From NCBI GenBank assembly GCA_050953105.1, contig JBMNMA010000009.1, forward strand, positions 54,364 through 118,363: a stretch of DNA of 64,000 bases. Direction: 5' to 3'. This DNA is from Eubacteriales bacterium. GTDB taxonomy: Bacteria; Bacillota; Clostridia; Oscillospirales; CAG-382. The first letter of the stretch is position 1. Each line of letters begins with the position of its first letter. Positions 58,696 through 64,000 of this stretch are shown piece after piece. The position numbers and the translations under genes were made by a program. The notes under the pieces were generated by a model. The model was not told the origin of the DNA, searched no databases, and saw nothing but the letters and a program-made list of their open reading frames with translations.

Positions 58696-60417
58696 TTAAT
58701 GCCCCGCAATATCTTGCTTTGGCAGCACCCGGTTTATAAAAATATCGGCTATTTCCGGGTCGAACTGGGTGCCTTTGTTTCGAATAATTTCCTCAACCGC
58801 CTCGGTGTGAGACATAGCTTTGCGGTAGGCACGGTCTTTGGTCATAGCGTCGTATGCGTCAACCACCGAAACTATCCTTGAAATTAGCGGAATATCAGAC
58901 CTAGACAGTCCGAGAGGATAACCGCACCCGTTCCAATACTCGTGGTGGCACAAAATATATTCGGCAATATGGCTTAAACCTGAGGTTGAGTTACAAATGC
59001 GGTATCCCACCTCTGGGTGCTTTTTAATTTCCCGCAATTCTTCGTCGGTCAGCTTATCTGTTTTTGTTAGAATATTTTTGTCTATGCTTATTTTACCTAT
59101 ATCATGGAGCATTGCTACAAGCTCTAATTCGTCAAGCTGGTTTTCGGTTAGCCCCATTTCCTCGCCTAAAGCGCGGGAAAGCTTAACCAGCCGTTCAGCA
59201 TGTTCCTCGGTTTCGTTGGACTTTTCAAACATGGTTGTTTTAATGTATGTCAAATAATCGTTACGAAGGCTCTTTTGCCCGAGCAGCTTCCTCCGATACA
59301 TCAAATCCTCCGCAAGCAGGAGTATTTTGTCAAGGGATTCTTCCGGATAAAGTTTTGTGGCATAACCCAAGGCTATGTCTAAATAAATTTCGTTGTTTTC
59401 GTCCTCACGCTTTTGGTTGCACTGTTCTCTTATTTTGTCTGCAATCTCCTTTGCCGTATTGCTGTCGGCCTTTGGCAAAAGAATTGAAAACTCGTCGCCC
59501 CCCGTACGGGCTACAATATCCTCCTTACGGACGCATTTTTGCAATATGCCGGCAATAATTTCAAGCACCTTGTCCCCTTTAACGTGGCCGAAGGCGTCGT
59601 TTATCATCTTCATTCCGTTTACATCGCCGATAATAACCGAAAGTGGGAGGTTTTCAGGTTTGTCAAGGGTATCCTTAACCTCGTCAAAATAAGTGCGGTT
59701 GAACAGTCCCGTCATATTGTCGTGATAGCTGACGTATCTTATTTTTTCCTCCCGCTCCTTATGGACAGTTATGTCCCGGCTTATGCCTATAAGACCTATT
59801 AATTTCCCCTCATTATCGAAATAGGGTGTTTTAAGTATTTCAAGGTAAATACTATTACCATCAGGAGAATTTACTTTAAATTCAGTTTTACTTAAACTTC
59901 CTGTTTCAAGCACTTCCCAGTCCATGGTAATAAAAAGAGCCGACAGCGTTTCGGGAAAAATGTCGGTATCTATTTTGCCTATAATTTCATCTTCGGATTT
60001 TCCTACAAAGTTTTTAAAAGCCTGATTGCACCCCATATAAGCGCCGTTAATGTCCTTGTAAAAAATCAAGTCGGGCACAGAGTCGATAAGCGATTTTAGC
60101 AATGCCTGTTTATGTGAATATTCCTGATACAGGCTTTTATACATTTCGTTTGTTTTTATCAATTCATCATTTAATTTAATTAACTCCTTATTACCCTTGA
60201 AGATTTTTTTCATAGCAGGGTATGTAAGGCTGTAAAACAAGGTAGCGGTTATAGCCACATATATAAGTCCCTTGATTATTGAATACAAATAGGCTTTTGA
60301 GTTGCCGGGGAAGGTAAAATGAAGAAACTGGTCAGAAAATACAATCCAGGCGCAGCCAAAAACCAGATATATAACGGTAATTAATAAGGTTTTTTTCATT
60401 GCCTCGCGGTTTTTCAT
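58696..60417 (-). CDS. Membrane sensor with PAS, GGDEF and HD-GYP domains
   Basis: Two N-terminal TM helices. PAS segment (SVPDLIFYKDINGAYMGCNQAF). GGDEF segment (ARTGGDEFSILL). HD-GYP segment (MLHDIGKISID, HHEYWNGCGYPLGL). Confidence 0.85.
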   Translation of the reverse strand: MKNREAMKKTLLITVIYLVFGCAWIVFSDQFLHFTFPGNSKAYLYSIIKGLIYVAITATLFYSLTYPAMKKIFKGNKELIKLNDELIKTNEMYKSLYQEYSHKQALLKSLIDSVPDLIFYKDINGAYMGCNQAFKNFVGKSEDEIIGKIDTDIFPETLSALFITMDWEVLETGSLSKTEFKVNSPDGNSIYLEILKTPYFDNEGKLIGLIGISRDITVHKEREEKIRYVSYHDNMTGLFNRTYFDEVKDTLDKPENLPLSVIIGDVNGMKMINDAFGHVKGDKVLEIIAGILQKCVRKEDIVARTGGDEFSILLPKADSNTAKEIADKIREQCNQKREDENNEIYLDIALGYATKLYPEESLDKILLLAEDLMYRRKLLGQKSLRNDYLTYIKTTMFEKSNETEEHAERLVKLSRALGEEMGLTENQLDELELVAMLHDIGKISIDKNILTKTDKLTDEELREIKKHPEVGYRICNSTSGLSHIAEYILCHHEYWNGCGYPLGLSRSDIPLISRIVSVVDAYDAMTKDRAYRKAMSHTEAVEEIIRNKGTQFDPEIADIFINRVLPKQDIAGH

Positions 60418-60634
60418 ATATTGTCCCCCTTTTACCTATGACATTATCAACTGTTTGTTGCTATTTTTTAGCATTTTATCACATTAAAGCAAAAAAAGCA
60501 ACATATTTACAAATAAATATTATGAAATTGTTAATACATATTTTTGACCTTTTGGTTACAATGTTTTATCCTTGATTTTGAAAATAGTTATGGTATAATA
60601 CATTACTAATAGTTTTTTGTAAACGGAGGATATT

Positions 60635-63076
60635 ATGAGGTTTAAAACAGCCTTGATCAAATTTGTTTCGCTGTTCCTTGCGGTGGTTTCGATTGTCCCG
60701 GTTGCGGCATTTGCCGACGACGGCGGTCAAAACAACCAGCGGGAATTTTTTATTGATGCCATCAACGCCACCCGGTGGGACAACACATCGGTGATATATA
60801 CGGGTATTCCAACCACCGGCCAGAACCAATACGGACACAACGTGGTGGTTGATAAAAACGGTAAGGTTACCGACATTATTCCCGGCGGGGATATAAAGGG
60901 TAAGGATCTTGCCGTCCCCGAAGGGGGGATGGTGGTATCCGCCACCGGTCAGAAAGCCACATGGCTTAACGACAATATCAAATTGGGGGACTATATTTCC
61001 TACGACCCCATATCTTCCCGTATTCTTGTATCGTCAAACGGTGAATTTGCCTACGGCTTTTCGGTTACCCATACGGTAACCGGCTTTAACCAGCCAAGGT
61101 ATTCCAATACCTTTATAATATACAACAAGCCCGGCACCACCCAGACAAACGGCTACGGTTATGAGGCGGTGGTGGACAAGAACGGCATTGTTATACAAGC
61201 AGGCGGGAACAATAACACCGTCCCGGAAGGTGGCTTTGTTGTATCCGCCATTGAACAGGCAGATCGCAGCTTCTTAAAAATGTACGGCATTTTAGGGGCA
61301 AGGATAACAATTTCCGCAGATAAAAAGTCAATAACCATTGATTACGACACCCCCAATTTTAAAACCACCTTATCTTTAATGCTGTCGTCAGTTCAGGCGG
61401 ACCTTGACAAGGCAAAAGAAGAATACAAGCTTGTTTTTTACAACACCATTCAGGAAGAAATCGACAGGATTAACGGCGAAATAAACACTCTCCGCCCCAC
61501 CTATACCGACAGAAATCAACTATATAATAAGCTTATCGACCTAAGCTTCAAAATCGTCGAGCATTATCCGTCAGAGGTGCGCTCGGTCTGGCATGAATCG
61601 GTGGAAAAAAACCAGGCTGAAGTAGCGAAGGTTGTTAAGACTCTTAAGGAACTTAATATAAATCAGCTTTGCCTTGGAATAGGCAACGGCCAAAACGCCC
61701 TTTTCCCCATGCCCGACTACCTTCCCTTCAAGCAGAAGACCACATTAAGGGGAAAAGACATACTCCAATACTATGTGGACGAATGCAAATCGGCCGGTAT
61801 TGAGCTTATCATAACCGTTCCGGTGTATGTCAACGGTCTTGGATTTAACACATCAAAGAAAGAATGGATAATTGCCTCTAACTCCACCGGTGGCAATAAT
61901 GAAACCGGCTCATTTTTCAACCCCGCTCACCCCGAATATAAGGCATATTTCCTTGAATATATCGCCTATATCTATAAAGCCTACGACATAGACGGCTTAC
62001 AGCTTGACTATATAAGATACCCAGAATCCGCCAACGGTTTAGATTATGGTTATGACAGTATAACCGAGGAGTTATTCATTAAAGCCTACCCCGAGCTTGA
62101 GGAAGGTATTTTGGCCGATATCGCCCAAAAGACCACATCCCACCCCAGGTGGAACGACTGGATTGAGTTTAAAGCCTCAATTATTACCGATATGGTTAAA
62201 AGCGTAAGGGAGCTTACCGACGAATTAAGACCTGATATTTACCTTTCCGCAGCGGTTGCAAGCGCAACGGCACTTTATTTGTATTGCCAGGATACCGCCG
62301 GCTGGATGGAGGCCGGTCTCCTTGACGCCATTTACCCCATGACCTACGGTGAGGGGGTTATACAGGGCCGAATCGGCGAATTTTCAGGCTACACCGGTGA
62401 TAACGCCTATCTCTACATGGGCAGCGGGACTTACTTGGATTTATCGGATAAGGAAACCCACAATCAGGTTCTTGTGTCAAGATACAATGCCGACGGAATA
62501 GCCTTTTTCGAATATAATGCCTATGTTTCCCACGGAACCGGGGAATTTATGAAAAAATATGCCTATTATAATTCCGCTTACTCGCCCACTCTTAATGCCG
62601 GACAGGCCGCAAGCGCACTTTTAGAGTTTATCGAAAAACGGTTAAATGATGTCATTATTCCTCTGGGCGGACTTGACGAAGAAAAAGCAGAGGAAGTAAA
62701 GCATCTGCTCATCAGCATTAATGATGCTGATACAGCAGCCAAAACTGCAGAACAGATACGAAAAATTGTCGCCGGGGAAAAGGCTGAACAGGTAATAAAC
62801 GAAGACCTTGACAGGCTAATTAAGATTTTTAACCTGTCAAAGGACACCGAAAAGCAGGAATATTTAGAGAAAAAGAATAACGATGAGTCAAGCCTGGAGG
62901 AATCGGAAGAAGAATCCGCCGCCGAAAGCTCAATCGACGGAACAACGGAAGAAACTTCTAAAAACAACGAAAAGGCAGATAAATCAAAAGCTTTGCTTTA
63001 TATTATCGCAGGCGTCATCGCCGCCGGTCTTATTGCCGCCGCTGTGATATTTATTATTCGTAAAAACAAGGCGTAA
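60635..63076 (+). CDS. Glycosyl-hydrolase-like family 10 (GHL10/YngK-like) surface protein with duplicated N-terminal domain and C-terminal TM anchor
   Basis: Signal peptide. Two copies of the ...GH/YGYEAVVDKNG.V...GG....VPEGG.VVSA module. TIM-barrel-like core (DGLQLDYIRYPE). Acidic linker. TM segment ALLYIIAGVIAAGLIAAAVIFII. Confidence 0.65.
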   Translation: MRFKTALIKFVSLFLAVVSIVPVAAFADDGGQNNQREFFIDAINATRWDNTSVIYTGIPTTGQNQYGHNVVVDKNGKVTDIIPGGDIKGKDLAVPEGGMVVSATGQKATWLNDNIKLGDYISYDPISSRILVSSNGEFAYGFSVTHTVTGFNQPRYSNTFIIYNKPGTTQTNGYGYEAVVDKNGIVIQAGGNNNTVPEGGFVVSAIEQADRSFLKMYGILGARITISADKKSITIDYDTPNFKTTLSLMLSSVQADLDKAKEEYKLVFYNTIQEEIDRINGEINTLRPTYTDRNQLYNKLIDLSFKIVEHYPSEVRSVWHESVEKNQAEVAKVVKTLKELNINQLCLGIGNGQNALFPMPDYLPFKQKTTLRGKDILQYYVDECKSAGIELIITVPVYVNGLGFNTSKKEWIIASNSTGGNNETGSFFNPAHPEYKAYFLEYIAYIYKAYDIDGLQLDYIRYPESANGLDYGYDSITEELFIKAYPELEEGILADIAQKTTSHPRWNDWIEFKASIITDMVKSVRELTDELRPDIYLSAAVASATALYLYCQDTAGWMEAGLLDAIYPMTYGEGVIQGRIGEFSGYTGDNAYLYMGSGTYLDLSDKETHNQVLVSRYNADGIAFFEYNAYVSHGTGEFMKKYAYYNSAYSPTLNAGQAASALLEFIEKRLNDVIIPLGGLDEEKAEEVKHLLISINDADTAAKTAEQIRKIVAGEKAEQVINEDLDRLIKIFNLSKDTEKQEYLEKKNNDESSLEESEEESAAESSIDGTTEETSKNNEKADKSKALLYIIAGVIAAGLIAAAVIFIIRKNKA

Positions 63077-63079
63077 TAG

Positions 63080-63763
63080 ATGAAGTATGAAAACACCGTC
63101 CATGCAATCTTTATCGAAAGGGTAAACCGGTTTATAGGATTGGTGAATTTAAAGGGTGAAATCGTTACCACCCATATAAAAAACACAGGCCGGTGCAAGG
63201 AGCTGCTTATTCCAGGCGTGGAAGTGGTTTTGGCAAAGTCCCCCAATCCGGCAAGAAAAACCCTGTATGACCTTGTTGCCGTTTACAAAACCGGACTCGG
63301 CTGGGTTAATATCGACAGCATGGCCCCCAATGCGGCAGTTTTCGAATGGCTTTCTGGCCCAAAATCCCTGTTTAAGGGAATAACAAGGTTGAAACCAGAA
63401 TACACCCACGGTTCTTCCCGTACGGATTTTTACCTTGAATGCGGTGAAAGAAAAATATTAATCGAGGTAAAGGGCTGCACCCTTGAGGTGGACAAAATGG
63501 GGTATTTTCCCGATGCCCCAACCAGCCGTGGGGTAAAGCATTTACACGACCTTGCCGCCGCAGCAGGGGAAGGGTATGAGTGTTATATTGCCTTTGTTAT
63601 TCAAATGCCGCACATAAAAAAGGTTTTGCCCAACATTAAAACCCATCCAATGTTCGGTGTCGCCCTTGATGAGGCGGTAAAAGCCGGAGTAAAGGTTCTT
63701 TATCTCCCCTGCGAAGTTTCGCCAAATGAACTTGTAATAAGCGAAGCAATTTTAGATTCTTAG
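63080..63763 (+). CDS. sfsA: Sugar fermentation stimulation protein SfsA
   Basis: FIERVNRFIG...HIKNTGRCKELL.PG...EVKGCTL...FPDAPTSRGVKHL is a canonical SfsA pattern. Confidence 0.9.
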   Translation: MKYENTVHAIFIERVNRFIGLVNLKGEIVTTHIKNTGRCKELLIPGVEVVLAKSPNPARKTLYDLVAVYKTGLGWVNIDSMAPNAAVFEWLSGPKSLFKGITRLKPEYTHGSSRTDFYLECGERKILIEVKGCTLEVDKMGYFPDAPTSRGVKHLHDLAAAAGEGYECYIAFVIQMPHIKKVLPNIKTHPMFGVALDEAVKAGVKVLYLPCEVSPNELVISEAILDS

Positions 63764-63773
63764 TTTACAAAAT

Positions 63774-63805
63774 AAAATGACCGCTTGCAGGCGGTCATTT
63801 TTTTG
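63774..63805. terminator. Bidirectional terminator
   Basis: ATGACCGC ttgcag GCGGTCAT flanked by AAAA and TTTTTTT. Confidence 0.8.
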
Positions 63806-63808
63806 CTT

Positions 63809-64000
63809 TTATAAAACAACTCTTAAGGCGAAAAAGCCGTCTTTATACATAAACTGGCAGTTGCCCCCAAGCTTTTCGGCTATGTATTTAATGCTCCGGG
63901 TGCCGTAGCCGTGGCCGGCTTTGCTTGAAAGGGGAATCCCGTCATCCATTACCACGTTGTCGTCACAGGGATTTTTAATTGACAACAGCAGCTTACCGTC
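63809..64000 (-). CDS. C-terminal part of a GHKL-type sensor histidine kinase ATPase domain (partial, runs off window end)
   Basis: The minus strand reads ...DGKLLLLSIKNPCDDNVVMDDGIPLSSKAGHGYGTRSIKYIAEKLGGNCQFMYKDGFFALRVVL*. GHGYGTRSI is the G2-box-like motif of LytS/AgrC-type kinases. Confidence 0.55.
   Translation of the reverse strand, partial: DGKLLLSIKNPCDDNVVMDDGIPLSSKAGHGYGTRSIKYIAEKLGGNCQFMYKDGFFALRVVL

Overview
This is a 64-kb chromosomal window that looks like a low-GC Firmicute of the Clostridia type. That placement is an inference from Gram-positive SD sites, lipoboxes, an L-box riboswitch, an EtfAB/lactate dehydrogenase module and a BclA-type collagen-like protein. It holds about 60 protein genes, mostly accessory metabolism, small-molecule-modifying enzymes (7 GNAT genes, 2 methyltransferases, 2 Nudix), c-di-GMP signalling (2 HD-GYP proteins) and cell-surface proteins. 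No rRNA, tRNA or CRISPR array was seen. All functional calls come from motifs read by eye; no similarity search was possible.

The features most worth follow-up are:
- **Split deaminase gene and island (about 44236-49233).** A roughly 5-kb insertion splits a small cytidine/blasticidin-S-deaminase-like gene into two colinear halves. The insertion carries a decayed serine recombinase, a VOC-family gene remnant, and an intact trio: a Nudix-like protein, an SF2 DEAH helicase with two predicted TM helices plus an unknown C-terminal domain, and a tandem GNAT. This is my best candidate for an uncharacterised mobile or defence-type module.
- **Glycosylation operon (36333-40777).** An apparent three-gene operon runs GT2-GtrA fusion, then GT-C (ArnT/PMT-like), then a Thr-rich collagen-like lipoprotein. 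This suggests extracytoplasmic glycosylation of a collagen-like surface protein.
- **Lysine riboswitch.** It is not visible in the ORF track. It controls an ABC transporter whose binding protein appears circularly permuted.
- **IS256-family element.** It is GC-rich and sits in AT-rich DNA next to a consensus promoter / small ORF / terminator leader.
- **ODP-like di-iron protein** translationally coupled to a PAS-HD-GYP protein.
- **Triple-module QueG/RdhA-like Fe-S protein** downstream of an IclR regulator.
- **High load of disrupted genes.** There are six +/-1 frameshifts, all at short single-nucleotide runs (five in otherwise intact genes), plus one in-frame TAA and one ATG-to-ACG start. This could be homopolymer sequencing error, real decay, or a mix.
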